Of a DNA stretch of 64,000 nucleotides, positions 14,201 to 29,200 are shown one piece after another. The position numbers and the translations under genes were made by a program. The notes below the pieces were generated by a model. It was given only the letters and a program-made list of their open reading frames with translations. It had not been told where the DNA came from and made no database searches. Where the stretch lies: assembly GCA_000934665.2 (NCBI GenBank), contig KZ538427.1, positions 1 to 64,000 on the forward strand, given 5' to 3'. This DNA comes from Catajapyx aquilonaris. Lineage: Eukaryota. How positions within the stretch are numbered: the first letter of the stretch is position 1; every line of letters starts with the position of its first letter.

Positions 14201-17200
14201 CAAAGCGGGGCCGGCCGATTTTTATTTGTTTTACACGCCTGCATAAATTACGCGGTTGGAGCATCGGGTTCTTGTTAGGACATGGTGCAATCTTGGCGGG
14301 GATTCTTCAGGGGGTGTGGAAGCGTGGATAATTCAATTGAGCCTTGTTTCGTAGGAGTTCATTACGGCTAAGTTATGCTGACAACCTAATAATACGAGTA
14401 TTCCCTATTTTGTTATCGAAACCGTGAGTTGGTTTGACGTTCAGTGATACACCCTTCACTCCGATAGGCAGGCTTTGTGAAGTAATGTCTTTAAGTAAAA
14501 ATGGACTAATCTTCGAATCTTTCCTCGACACACCTACTGGATGTAATATTTTTAAGTCACGTTTTGTGTATGCGTTATAACTGATCTTCATTCCTGTTTT
14601 ACCCCTCTCCAATGAAGTTCTTGCTACAACCCAGAGACACGGTACATGGCACCTGACATGTTGTGTCAGTTACACCACGTTAGGTGAACAGAGAGTTACC
14701 GCTTGGCACGCTCATTTCAATTTACATCCGTCTCTCGAGAAGAAAAAAACAAATTCAAATTATTTATTATTTAACCAACACTACCAATCAAACTACCGAA
14801 TATTTTTTTTCTCCATTCGACATATGATTGAGCCCCGACTGCATCCGCTTGAAAAGACCTCCTCCGAACTCGTCTCCTTCACAGGCTCCTTTCAGCGCAC
14901 CGCCCACAAGATGAATCACCCACATGACGCGCATCATCAGGTACGGCATACCCCTTTGAAACCCCCCCTTCCCGTACACTGTCTGGAAGGAGGCTGCTTT
15001 ACCATGCCAATGCCGGCCCTGACCTCTCTGCCCCCGAGTCTGCGGGCAATCCCCGTGGAAAACCTGATCCTCGACGTGATTTAGAGGCCCTCTTTCCCTT
15101 CTCTGCAGGTGCCTCCAATTAATTTTCGTAGAGAGACAGAAAAAGCTACGGGTTTGAAACGTGAAAAAAAAGGGAAGGTAGAGGGCCAGGGGTTCTGTCA
15201 TGCCCAAACCCCTTCTCCAAGGAAGCACTACTGTTGCCTCGGCCTTGCTGCCACAAATCCTGCCCCTCTTTCTGCCTTCTCACCACCCACGAACGCTTGA
15301 TGAAAAATAAATAAGGGGCGTCGTCAGCATTTGGGGTCCCGATAGGTTCTGCGCCCACCACATCATGCCTTCTCTTCATTTCAGCTAATTTATTGTAGGG
15401 GTGCTGGAGGGGGTGACGTCACACATGTTTTTTCAAACCAATCAGTACTCAGCCAAATAACAGATGTCGCACTTGTCTCTAGGTAGTTTCCGCATTTGCC
15501 CACAGATGGCGCCAATATTTAGGCTTCAATTTTTTTTCCCTTCTTTCTGGTTTCCTCAATCACTGCTTCGGAGAGAACGCGAATTCCCAACAACGGCGCA
15601 CGCACGAATGAATAGACTCTATGAATAAATTTCACAGCCACTTTGGAATTTTATGACCGAGGTGGTGCCGGGTCAATAAAAACCCGGAGCCCTAGCAACA
15701 GAGTTCCCCCTCCACCACCAGATGAAACCGAAATACAACCGTTCTTCCGGGGTTATATACCCCCGGAGTTTGAAATCCTCCGGGTTGGGCCGTCCTCCCC
15801 CTTTTCAAGAGACTGACAGCAGACATTTCTGATTAATTAGCCTCCGCCGCACATCAAGGGCCTTGTTAACCTCCCATCATCCTATCCAGTAACAAAAGCC
15901 GAGCTTACGTCGCCGTTTAGAGTTCTGCCAGCCCTGTCTCAACCCACACAGCAAGGCGGGGTGCTAAAAGATCAACCAACAAGAATCCCTCGTTTATTTT
16001 CCAAACCGCACCGGCACTGAGTATAAGAGACGCCGGCTGAAGAAATAAGTCAGCAGTTCTAAAGTTGGGTCCCCCATTTTTTTTCAGGCCTTTCTTAGCT
16101 TGGCAGTCGTCTGCCACTTGTCAAGCTGCACATGCCGACCGGATGGTAGCTAAATGCTTCAGGAGATAGACTCTGACAGGCGCCTCCAGAATACAAAAAA
16201 AAAAGTAAACGGGGGAAAAATCAGCGCACGCTTTCTCACGCCTATTGTCCCTTTTGCTGAGAAAACCCCTTTTCCAGCATTTATGCTGGACACAAAAAAG
16301 TGTAGATTCAGCAGAAAAGCACAGGGTCGTGAACACTCGTTAATGGATTTCCGCGCTCCTTTTTTTTTCTTGGAGAGAGAGGGGGGGGGGGGGTCANGGG
16401 GTCAGACTCCTAGTTTCTTTCCTGCAGGCGACACTGATTTGCGACACCTGACCCCAGAATCTTATTAGGGCTTCCTACCAAAAGGGAAGGGCTTCCGGAA
16501 AGACGAAGAGGCGGAAAGAGGAGGAGGAGGAGATCAGTCTAACCTGACGCTTGCAATTCCGCGTGATAAAGTGCGTTAACATATGTCTCCAAGTCTAAGG
16601 CTCGTAAATATCCTTGGAGGGAAGGGCTGGAGCACCCGGTATAAATTCGTCTAGTGGTGGACGCTATAACGCGACAACTTTCAAATTAACATGTCTCGCA
16701 GACGCCATCAGCGGTGTTCTTTTTTTTTGTCAGAAAAAGAGCGCCTTTTTTTTGTAAGGGAGTAGGAATTATTCTGGGAAGCTATAAAGTTTTGTAATAA
16801 AGGGCGCTGGAATATTAGAACAAGAAACTAAACTAATAAAAAGGAGGCCTGCAGCCTGCGAATTTATAGAGACTGGAGCGGGGGTGGAGGGGGGCTTCCG
16901 TTTGGAGATCACGAAAAGTAGTAACCGAAGGGCATAAAGTTTCCATAGGTTCAAATGGAGCTCGTTTTTACGGGCATGTGTGCTTCATGGCTTTGGAGAT
17001 TGACATTGGGTCATGCGAGCTCGTTTTTTTTTTCTTTTTTCGGGGGGCCCAGGTCGGCTTCTGATAAAACCTAAAGGCACATCTTTTATGGCTCATAAAG
17101 GACTCCTTGCAGCTATTGCAAAGCCAGGGGGGCTACGGCTCCACGCACGTACCAAAGCATAAATTATACGCAGGAAATAAGTGTCGCAATGCACCCTAAA

Positions 17201-20200
17201 GTGGGCTAACGACAGGGTGGCCGACCCTTGACTTGTGACCTCTACCCAAAATTCCTGCACTCCTGGTACTGGCTCGTAAACACGTGACCGACCTGGGTTG
17301 GGCTCAACCAGACATTTATGGCTTTTCTAGAATATACGTTTTGTCAATTCAGGCCCATAACGTAGCTTCCACGTGCCTTCTCCGACAAGCCTCCCAATTG
17401 CTCTACATATTTATCCCTGGCAACCTAATCTACGCTGTTGCTCAGCACGTAAAGTAAGATGGCGGCCTAATGTGTTCCTGTCCGACAAACAGTATCGCGG
17501 AAATAAATAAGCCCGTCTGGAGAAGTTATTCTCGGCTTTCGAACCCCCCTTGGAAAAATAAAGTAAAACAGTTGGAGGGTCAAGAAAAGGCAGATATTTT
17601 GTCCTTGAGCAAACAGCCCTTTTCGGTAATGAGCCATAGCTTTATGCCCCTGTCTCTCTACTTTATCACTTTTGCAACCCCCAGCCTCTAAACTTGTTTA
17701 CTGACAATTCGTTAAAATTTATTGCAGCGAGTGATTAACACAATGGCTTCTTTTTTGCACGTTCAGCAAACATGGTTTGCGGGTTGGTGTTTCCCTCCAG
17801 TTCAGATTATGGCCGCATTAATGTTGTTTCCCTTTCAAAGCAGAACCACCGACTGTCAACCCTCGTACTGCCCCTACACATTCAAGTGCACACACGCACA
17901 CCATTTCCTAATGCACCTCGCTTCATGCACCTAAAAATTGCTCATCCTGAAACCTAGATAACCTAAGCGATCCTGGCGTCAGGCACAGTTGCCTGCTCAC
18001 CAGGCGCTACTATCTCGCATGTAAATATTGTGTGATGGACATTTCCCTCGATTACACGCGCTAATACATCTCGTTAATGAAATTAGCAGGTCAAGCTCTG
18101 GACCACCGCTTTTTCCCCATGGTGACAGAATAAACCACGGTCCCCAGCTTGGTAGGCTATCCTGCAAACAGAAAAGCGTCGCCTCTCTCTCTCTGTAGGT
18201 CCCCCTTCTCTATTTCTCCCCTCAGCTGAGCTCCCATTCTGAGTAACGAGCCTGTGTCTCCCCCACCTATTCCCTGCTCTGCCGGCGAGCCATTTAGCGT
18301 GATAGTAAAGCCCCGGCATGGCTTGGGAAACAGTGGAGGGGGGGTCGGAGGCATAAACTGAGTCATACATAGCCGGCTCCCGCTGCATATATCGACTGGA
18401 ATGGCACCCAGGGACGGGGAGAGAGCATGCTGGAAGTCCAAGAGTTTCTATGGAAAAAAAAAAGAGGGCCAGAGGGAGAGAAAACACCACCAGTTTCCTC
18501 CTGGCTTTTGCAAACAAAGGGCTCCCTTTTCTCTTTCGCAGCCTAGGTGCCCCACTGCTATGCCCCGGATCGCTTTTCCCGATCGCTATCGATGCCAGCT
18601 TGTTTACTTCAGCTACACCACGCGATACCTCGCTCCAGACTGCGAAACCGCTGAACCTCCATTCCGGCTGATAGTGGCTTCAAGTGCCCTTTGCGCTGAG
18701 ACCAAAACACGCGACTATGCCAAAGGACTGCTTCTTGATGGGAGCCTCTCTTCCATGGGAGCATCCAGTAACCATATTAGCGTCGTCTAATACCGGGACC
18801 TGAGTGGAGTACTGCAACTTTCATGTCCTGATGCGATGTTTTTCAGGGGAGATGCCCGTTTCTTAAGGGCCGTACTCTGAATTTTAACAGGGGGTCCAAC
18901 TTGTGGTGGAACAGTGCCGATTTATGTCGATTTTATGGGGNNNNNNNNNNNNNNNNNNNNNNAGTATTTGCATGTTCAGCGGCTAGCGGGTACACCGTTT
19001 TCATTAATCATTGATGCTGATAAAACATATATGATACGCTAGTGGGCGTTGGTTCATAAGTCATAATCATAAACCAGTAGTTTCCAAATCATTCGACATT
19101 GCTATCACCATCATAAATTCCAGGTTGCTAAATCCGCGTCTAAACATTTCGAATATAATATGATACATGCAGGCATATCTAGTGTGACCAAAGTAGTATA
19201 TATCTAGCAGTGTTGTCAACTGATATCAAAATAACTAATACGTACACGCAATTGTGAGCATGATTTGGGGGTGTGCCACTTTCCTGGCCATTACAATAGT
19301 GATAATGTGTGCGCTAAATGAATGTAACTGCCTCTTTTTTGCATAAAACATCCCGTCTGAAAGGAGATACCTCTGACAATTGCAGAAGCGAAATAAACGC
19401 GAATACTTGACGAACTTGGACGACGTACTTCAAATTACTTCATTTCCATAGGGGAACCTTCAAGTGAGGAGAATAACGAGGAAGCACCTGCCATTCTCTC
19501 ATTTCATGAATCAAGAATTATGCTGTCAGGTTCCGCCATTCAAATGTCATGGCATTTGCCTGAAACTATCCACTATAACGAGCACCTATTACCAACCTCA
19601 TCTTTCGTTGGAATGTGGAATACAGCAATAATCACGGACTACGGGCATAACATGGCGGAATGTAGTGCGAGAAACTTTGTCTCAATCCAGAATATGATGA
19701 CATGCCACGAGAGTGCTCCCCTTGCTACCTAGTAACACCCTCTATTCCCTAATTACAGTTTATTGCCCTTTTGAACTATAGTGGGCTGGGTGGCGTAAAC
19801 AGGCACTTCCCAAATGAAACCAGCGTCACTTCAGTCCTTAGGACGCAAACGCCACATAGCGAAGCGTGATTGCAGAAAGGGTTGGGTTGCCCACGCCTGC
19901 AGAGACCAGGAACGACAGAAAAATAGGAGTGCTGACACCCACACTATGCGCTTGTTGCAGAGCATTAGACTACACTCGGTTTTGCACTCTGTTTGAATAA
20001 TGTAACTGACATGTGGGGAGCGGACATTCAGCAGCAGCGACGAGTCATGTAGGGTGTCAAGGTGGGATAATGGATAGCTCTACTCTCACATTCAGTCCGA
20101 TTCTTCGATTCCACCACATATTTGCTTAAATCTTGGCGGGATCAGCCGAAATTAATTCCAGTCCGGATAGTCCTATAGTGGCTGTCAAGAGTTCCCAGAA

Positions 20201-23200
20201 TTATATTCGACCAACTGGTACAAGGTGCCAACCACAAAACCAACATGGGATGAAAGGCAAACCCAGACCCCAAAGTCCACGTTGAGCCCTGGCTAAAAGC
20301 ACACATCGTAAACGACGATAATAGGGATTAAAGATGTCAGATTAGGGACCCATCTAGCGGAGCGACCTTTAGCCTGAATCCTGTCCTATACCCGTACCAT
20401 ACCCACACACGTGTGGTAACGCGCACGTAGCCCGCGGGGGCGTGTCACTTTTGAATATGAGTGATGACGACACGGCTCAGCGATCCCTGGCTCAACAACC
20501 TAGGATTCCAATCCGGTTTTTGCGGCGGATTCGTTTCTAGCTTCATTTCGGCCCGCAATCAATCGTGCAGTTGTAGACGTGAGCGGGCATTTTTGTCCTG
20601 CCCAGCTTCCATTCGGTCCGCGTCGAGGCGCCACCAAAGAGGGTCCTTTGTCTTCTCCACTCGCAGCCATCCCCCCACGTTTCCTACCGCCAACGAAAGG
20701 CAAACAAACCAAACGACAGGGAATAATCACAAAGAGCCCGCTCTATTTGTTGACTCGGTCTGGAGGAAATTGTTAGAGCAAAGATTTGGCTAGAAGAGCC
20801 TGATGGCACTGGAACTGACTTGGAACGTTGTGCTCCATGCTTTCAATGTAACCGATTCCGGAGCCCACTAACTTCCTTCCCCTTTTATGCCACTTTTATA
20901 TAAGCCTTCCCCCAAAAACTGTACGGGCCAAAATGCGCCTCCGAGCTTCTTGCTTCTAGAAATGAATGCAAATTGTTGTTGTTTACGCAAACTCTGAAAC
21001 ACGCTGGCTGACGCAAACTATGCACAGGCGACAGATTGTAATTTTTAGCCAGCCGTGGGCAAATCAGCAACGGAAATTATATTGCGGGCACTTTCGCACA
21101 ACTATTGCCAACACAAATTCCAGTTCCGGACGCTGAACCTACATGAATGAGGATATTAACTCAGGTATTATGCTCCTGCGCAGCTCATTAGGCAAATACA
21201 GTTTCGCACTCGGAGTGATATTTTACCCCGCTCATTTTCATTACATGCCTACATGTTTTTATCTAATCAACCCGCATTACCCGCTTTTTAAAATTACAGC
21301 ACGTCCCAATTTTTTTTAAACAAGTCTCCGCATTTCTGAATATGGTATTTACAACGACTGAAGCATGTCCCCTAACAAGAAGGAAACCACACCGGTTTGA
21401 CAAATGGTGCCTACTAACGCTAACCTGACAGAGACAAAATAGGTCCCCGGATTTTTCCTTCTCCCTCTTTTCCCCTTATCTAGTGGACGTGAGTTCTGCT
21501 CATATAATCCGGTGCCATCATTCGCACACGGCTGCGTTTTCACCAAAGCATATCTGTGAATGCGAAGGAAGAGGGGAAATTGCAGCCTGGCGTCATACCG
21601 AAGCGAGTCCGTGAAGGATGGCATCAAGAATGCCATTCTGAAAGGAAAACCAAGGGGGGACCCCTCCTGCTTTTCAGAATGGTACCGCACAAAAGAGCAT
21701 AGCTTGGCATCTAGACGTAATCTTCAAAATCAACATGGGAGATAAGGATGAGATCACGTCATGCTGTTTCTGCTGTCCATTAAGTCATCAGGTTGCGTTT
21801 GTATTAATGTAACACCCGCGATTATAAAATAGTCAATATTATCATATGATCAGGCGGTAAGATAACCTTTTGTTTACATCCAGCCTTGTATGGAATGGAT
21901 GTCAGACGTCTAATCCGGAATGTTTTATTGCAGCTTATTACTCAATTTGGATTCTCTAATACAATTCGCCTAATTAAGGCCACAGTTCGAACAATATAGG
22001 GTAACACAAATTTTGTGTATTTTTTCTCTCCAAAATGAGGCAACATGGCATGGACATATTAGAATCCTTCACGATAAGGGAAAATCCTACATAAGCTGGC
22101 CGACCTGTTGGGCCGTTTTATCTCCAACCGACAGCTGAAATCTATCATTAATCCTGTACAGATGCGCCTTGTCGAAGTGAGTATATATTACAGACTGGCC
22201 CATACCACACGGATCGACTACCAATCGAGGGTTCGATTGTGACGGAAATGCAGCTTCAATCTGAACCCTCCCCCCCACTGCACTACAAGAACATACTTCC
22301 TTTTTTTCCCCCCCTTCCTCCCTGTCGGAAATCTGACGGAAAAACACTCGACCAAATGGAGTTCTCACGTTCCCCTGGATCAGCTGGCTATTGCCTCCAA
22401 ATGCTCTCATTTTGGATTTAACGAACCCTGGTGGGGATCGTGCGGGACCGCTTCGGACATGGAACAACCGACGATTCTAACCCAAATAAATTCCGAAGAA
22501 GTGGAGGGGGTTTGGGTTATATATATATAAAAAAACTCCCTTTTCCTATTCCACTATCCAATTTTCTGAATGCATTCCGCCTTCCCCCTTCCAGTTCATA
22601 ACAATGGCGAATATATGCATTGGAGCAGGAATTTTCAATGCTTGTAAATTTACTCGCACGGAGCTATACATCTTATCGAAGATAAGTGGGCTTGTTTCAA
22701 ACCTGGCGTTGTAAATCACAGTACAAAAAATATATAGTAGAACAAGGCTAGAAATTTGTCTGGGCGGACATTTTCTCGCTTTAATTGCCCACCTTGTCAG
22801 CAATGACCAATTGGCGAATGTACAAGTCGGCCTGGTTGTTCCAAACCTTTGTTGGCAACCATGTGTGCAATCTTGGACTTGACAGACACTCTCCCCTTAT
22901 GTCTGGCATATAGCTTTGGGAGAGCAAAAGGCCACATGCGGAGGGCCCCCCACAGAAAGATCCTAATGGCATTTTCGGAGATGGGTGAGTTGGAAGGGAC
23001 ACCAGTTGGTGCTGCAGCCATCTAGGATTGCTCTTGTCCCGTCTTTCTCCCCCTCTCAATTTGGATCCAGGAACGTGCGAGAACCTATCCCAGAGAGCAA
23101 TAAGGGGCCTGACCAAAATGGCCTGTTTCGTCTAGGGCCTGACATTCCCCAGTCAGAATTTGGCCCGCCGGTGCTTTGCACCTGCCACGCATTCAATTAC

Positions 23201-26200
23201 GCCCAAACGACGCTCTAAAACGGGGTCCAAACCATTTTTATGTTCCACCAGTTGACCTCTCCACTACATTCAAACCCTCTCTTTTTTCTCTCCCATTCAC
23301 GTGTAGAACCGCCTTCAAAAATAAAAATGTGACCTTGAATCACTCGACATTTATTTAAACTTGCATTCCTCTTGCGGAAGCATTTTTACGACCATCCAAT
23401 TACACTATAATGTCGAATCCTGTGGGAATAGTTCCAATAGTGTTCCCTCCACATGCTGTAAATTGAAGAATCCCGGTTATTACAGCACACGCCACGTACA
23501 ATAAAATGCACTCGTATAAAGTGGCAACCGCACAATCCGGTACTAAAACCCTTTTCCCTCCACAATATGGCGCCACATTTCACACTCACAGTCCTTTGCA
23601 AAAAACAAAAAAAAAAACAAAAAAAAAAAAAAACGCAAGGTTGGTATTATCATCTGCCCTGTACAGCATCTATTCTGAAACCCCCCCTCGAGACACAAGT
23701 TTTGGAAACTTGGGTTGGAAAAACTCGTTTGTCGCTCTAGGAGTCCTCGGATCTTATCTCTCCGGGGCCGCCATAACACAATCTCCTCAGAGACGTTTCG
23801 GGAATGAGAAGGGCCCGCCAGTGTATTGCTATCCTACTCTGCCAGGTGTATACCGCAGGGAGATGGAGACACCGGTTTTTGGAAGGTGGAATTTGACCTC
23901 AGTTCCCCAATATGGCTCCCCACTGGCCAAACCCCTTTCCTGTCAGCGACTGCTGTAATGAGGCCTTCTGTATATCCATCGACTCACCCCTTTCCAAGCC
24001 TGGATTATGTGATTAGGGCGGTGCACTGTACTGTCGCAGAGCCCGTCAAAAGTAGGCGGTTCACACGTCAAATGTAACTGCTTCAGTACCGGTACCGGGG
24101 CCGGAAACCTACAGTTTCTACGGGAAAGTGCAGCAATGTGACCAACAAATTGCTGAGTAGCACATGTACCGGCTCGTACATTTCCCATCCAGATCATTGC
24201 CTCCCACATTCCAACAGAGGCGTCCCACGACCTTGAGCGAATTCAATCTCAGCAACTTCATCAACTTCATAAAGGAGGATGAGAGTACACCGGCACATTC
24301 TCATTATGTTATGGTCTGATACCATCAGGTGGCGGTATATTGGGCCAACAGGTATGGAAATCTGCACCAATTGAGACCTTTTTTCGACTGGCGGTATTAC
24401 CTGGCGATAATCATAATCATCGCCCATTAGTGCGTGTAGTTTGTATAATTACGGGTGCTCCTGCCTGAGTCATTAAGAAAATTCGTGGAAATCAGACCGG
24501 AGGTTGGCATCTTGTTTTCCAAGCCGGGGTTATTACAGGCGTGACCCTCTCATGCGTAAAGGACCCGCGCACCTTTTCTAATTGCCTTTTCATCCACTGC
24601 CAGTCCAATGTCACGCTCTCGTCGCATTTTGTGACATGCCCGATTCCATCAGGCCCCCAAAATGTTTTGCGGGTCTTTGTGGTTTCTTCAGCTGGAGGCC
24701 ATGAGATGAGGCAGAGGAGGAGGAGGAGGGAAGTGGCTGTCATGCTCCCTCCTTCGCCTTGTTTGCAAAGCTGATGGCTGGCCAGTTCCCCCAGACAGCA
24801 ATCATTAAACTGTTCCGCCCTATCACCCAAGATTTATAAGCGAGTCCGGCAAATTACGCCCATAAAACCGGTAGACGGCATTTTTCTCCCCCACCCCCTT
24901 CCCTCTCCTCTTCCCCCTTCCCTCTCTGGAGCACCTGGCTATTACGAGATTATCAAGCTTACCAGCCCCACTATACGTGCAGCTAATACACTCGCCAACT
25001 AGATATTTAGTGCAGTGCAACACTGCGCCCACACGGCGCTCCATTTTTTTTATACATACCCTGCACCCTGTAAGTGTATACGAAAACGTCTGGCCCAAGT
25101 TGCTGAGATTTATGAGAATCAAACTGGCAGTCATTAAACAATAAACGATTAATCCTGCCAGCAATAAAAATGCTTATAAGTTTGGAACGTTCATCAGATT
25201 AAAATGATTGATTCCTTCATTACTTTTTTGATTATTGATTAAACTCCTGGCCCCCTTTACAAGCCTACAAAAGGGGGTTGGCATAAGCGACTTTCCTAAG
25301 AAAAACTCTGTCCCCTGTCATCTTCCACCCACTAAAAGTTCGGTGGGGCTATGAAAGCATTTACGACAGTCATCTGGTACAATAAAGCGCTATGTACATT
25401 GTCAACTTCGACCATCACTTTCCTACCTCCAGGAAACTTGAAAGCACCGCCGCGCCGCCATTACAATCATCCAGATTCATTTCAGTAAGTCACATTGGGG
25501 GGGGGGGGGGGGGGGGGNGGGGCAGTAAACACGTGTCTAGAGGGACTAAAGCCATATTTAACGGCGCCACTAACTTTCCCCCTTTCCATCATCGTGCTGC
25601 ATGAGATTGACCACAAGGGTGGTAAGCCTATCTATCAGGCAATACCCAGCTCCTAATAGCAATCTGGTGCACGCTAGTGGGCTTTGGCCACTTTGCTTTT
25701 ACGGGGGGGGGCGTCTACCTCACGCAAGGGGACAATGTGTGTGTGTGGGTGAAAAGGGGGGGGGGGGGATCTGACCTAAAACCAGAAAATGCCAATTTAT
25801 AATAAATACACCTGCCACATTTTTAGATAATTAAATCATCCCCCCCCCCCCTCCGGAGACTACCAAAAATCTGAGTAAACAAATACACCTCCAGCGTATT
25901 GTAATGACATATCATTATCCACTTTCCAGCTCCGATTATGAAAAGTTGTTGGACCGCGTATACAGAGAGAAAAAAACCAACAACAAAAAAAGATGGGGGG
26001 GCTGCCTGATCAAATTACCGGGAAACCCGGTCCTTAAGCAAATATTACCCCCTAATTATAAATTCCTGCATGTTCGCAGGCTCTTTTTCTTTCACCAGCC
26101 AAAGAAATTATTATGCACTGGGCGTTCCTCAGAATGTATAGCATGAGACGTCCCATGCGCTTAGTCACACAGGTTTCGACTCCTTTTTTATATATATATA

Positions 26201-29200
26201 TATATATGTCTGATAATTAGAGCGATATGTGCTAACTACCTCTTGCCCAGATTTGAATCGACTGAATTGACTGACTAGTCTCAATAATTGAGACCTGTTA
26301 TAAATATAACTGCCAACATGTTGGGTTCTGAAATCCACAGTTTCCTTCTCTCATTAGCCTCCGTCACCTCGGGGATATTTTTCCCCGACAACCATTTGAT
26401 GGCAAAGGTCAACTTCGTTCCGCCTACGCGCTTCTGGTTACAGGATGTGACCATACTTTGGAATGCAACTTCCTCCAACGGCTTGTACTTCGATACTCTT
26501 AAGACGTTTCTTCATGCTAAAAGTGCGCATGAGTGGTATTACAGGGAATTGAACCCGATGCATCGTGTTCGAATAGCTTCATTTGAAAGTAAATAAGCGC
26601 ACAAAGGACCAAGTTCGGACCATCTGCGTTTCATTACTGGGGGTACCCTCCCCTGTCATTTATAGGGCATCCTCCGACAACTCACCCTGATTTTCCCAGC
26701 TTCACATTTTCGACCCAGACGACTACCCCGGTTCTCTTTTCGGGGAAGGCCTGCTCTATCGATTCGCACTTCCTCTTTTCCCCAAAATTCCGCATTCCGC
26801 CAGGAGCAACGCAGCCCCCCCTCTCCTGCCGAACCCCCCCCCCTACCACCTCNCCCCCTACCACCTCCCGAAAACTTCGCCTGATGTTACCGTCCGTGTG
26901 AACTTATTTGTAATTCATGCCAGCATTGATCTTGCTCCGGGTATGCCCAGAGAACCAGTCGACTAACATAAGTATAGTGCTCATCCTATACTATATAGTG
27001 ATACTAGCTCCCTGCGGTGGAGCACTCACTACAAGTGCTCATTTCAAGATGCTAATCATGTGCATATTGCAGTTGAGGTTATTATAAGCGACACTTAACT
27101 GGCAGCATTGAATGCTCAAACTTTCCAATCTCCAATAATGCTCTTCACGATTTAGCTGACATGTGAAAGTCACCCAAATGAGGGTAATCTAAACTGGACA
27201 AACTCCCTTTCACTTGCATGCTGCGACTTGGTCCATAGGATGTTATTTTGCATATCAAATGTTCCTCTGCCCAAGTTGGAGATCCGAAACCTCAAGGATG
27301 AGTTGATGGATTAGTCACTCCTGCGCCGCATTCAAACCAAGAGGGTAACAACTTCTCCTAAATGATTCAAACTCCAAGCCAGACTCGGTACAATATTTTG
27401 GTATTCCTTTAAGGAGCAAGCCGCCGTCTTTGTTTACATCTCCAGGAGTGAATAACCCATCAACCCACCCCTAAACCAAAACCCAAACGAGTCACGCATA
27501 CATATATACCAACTTCGCGAGTATTTGCAAGCATCTTATCTTCCAAAGTTATTGCCTTTGGGTTTGGATAGGGGGATTGTAGCCGACTTAAGAAGGCTGA
27601 GCCGGGGCTATATACTCATACTGCTGAATGGCAAAATGTCGCTCCCATTGAGCCTCCATTCCCATTCACTCATCTCGACGGAACGGCATGACTGTAGCTA
27701 AATTCAACATCTTAAAATAGACCAATTCAGCTACAAACTCGCTAAGATGGCACCATTAAAATATTTCTTTCGGGGGCTCCCCACATTTGGCGTCGGACCA
27801 ATAAGTGGTGACGGCGTGAAACCGCGCGAACCCACTTCCGTCACTGTTTCCGATGGGCCCCATTCCAAAACGGCTTCACATTTCCACCAATTGACAAGCA
27901 CCCTCCCCTGTTAGCTCTACCTCACAGATGGCGGGAAACATCTCACCAATTATTTGCATACGGTAACGCTTTCTGGCTTCTACATCTACGGAAAACGGTC
28001 TGCACGCGTTTGCATGACAATATTAGGGCCCCACACTCTAAACACGCATGGAAAGGGGGGGAAACCCTGCAGGTGAGGATGCTTATCTTAAAGAGAAAAA
28101 AAATTGAAGAAGCTCACTGCATAGAGCATGTCAATCCGCCAAGAAGAAGGAATGCAACCTGTTTGATCACTATAGCATGGTTATTAATCAAGTTGGGGAA
28201 GAAAAGGAGCTGAATAAGAGAAAGGTACGGGACACGCAACGAGAATACCTCCCAAGTGGTCTGATTTACTGGACTTTTTAAAGTGTACTAAAAAATGGGA
28301 AAAAAGACGATGTCGGGTCAAAACCCACAATAAGGGCCTAAAAAATCATTCAGGGAGACGAACCGTGCTTGGCATGGCCACAACAAAGGACAGTACCGGT
28401 GCTGTGTCAAGGATGGACCGTCTATGGGTCGATGTGAGGACGTGTTCGACATGTCAACAAATCGGCCATTGTCTTCCGCTCGCTTTTGACATAGTTTGCA
28501 CGTTATTTATAAGCAGGTGAGCGTCGTGCCACATTTGTATTCAGATATTATCTCTGAAACATTAGATAGCGAGCTTCAAAATAATTTCGGGCGTATCCAA
28601 TATGGACTCTGAGAATCAACTCGATCATAGAAATACAGCTTGACAGAATTACTAATCCGTGTGCATAAAGTGACACATAAAAAACCTGGTTTGTCCCGAT
28701 TCCTATGCTAATATCTACAAAGCCGTCTTGTTTGCCCAAGATGCCAGATAAACAAACTCCCTGTTCCAATGGTCTGCCCTCCAACAATATAAACGGCCGC
28801 CATAAATAAGCACAATAAGCTGAAAAAGTTACGTCAAGATGTAAAATGTGTAGAGTATAACCGCAAGGCTTTCCTTAAATAAATAAAAAGATCAGGTGGG
28901 AGGGTGTTATGGCAGCTGAATATTCCCGTTGAATTTTTTTTAAGTAAAATAATCAAGAGTGGAGAGGCCGGTAATCAAGAGTAATTAGTAGGCTGGCATG
29001 GTCTAACACGACTCTTCAAATCTGAAAACAAGTTGGCAAAACCAATAGACACCGCCGCGTGGGTATAATCGCCGTCCTTTTTTGCATTCTAATAAGAGGC
29101 GATAATCCATAAATTATAGAGTAAGAAGGATTCGGGCACGCCCCTTACGTCTGCAGACTTGATGATTTCTTGCCCCAGAATGGAAACAACAAAAAAAATT

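Noticed and set aside
24492..24743. Signal-peptide-like ORF MTATSLLLLLCLISW as an alternative PTK7 first exon
   Set aside because: The Leu run comes from a (GAG)n repeat, and I found no convincing phase-1 donor to join exon 13813.
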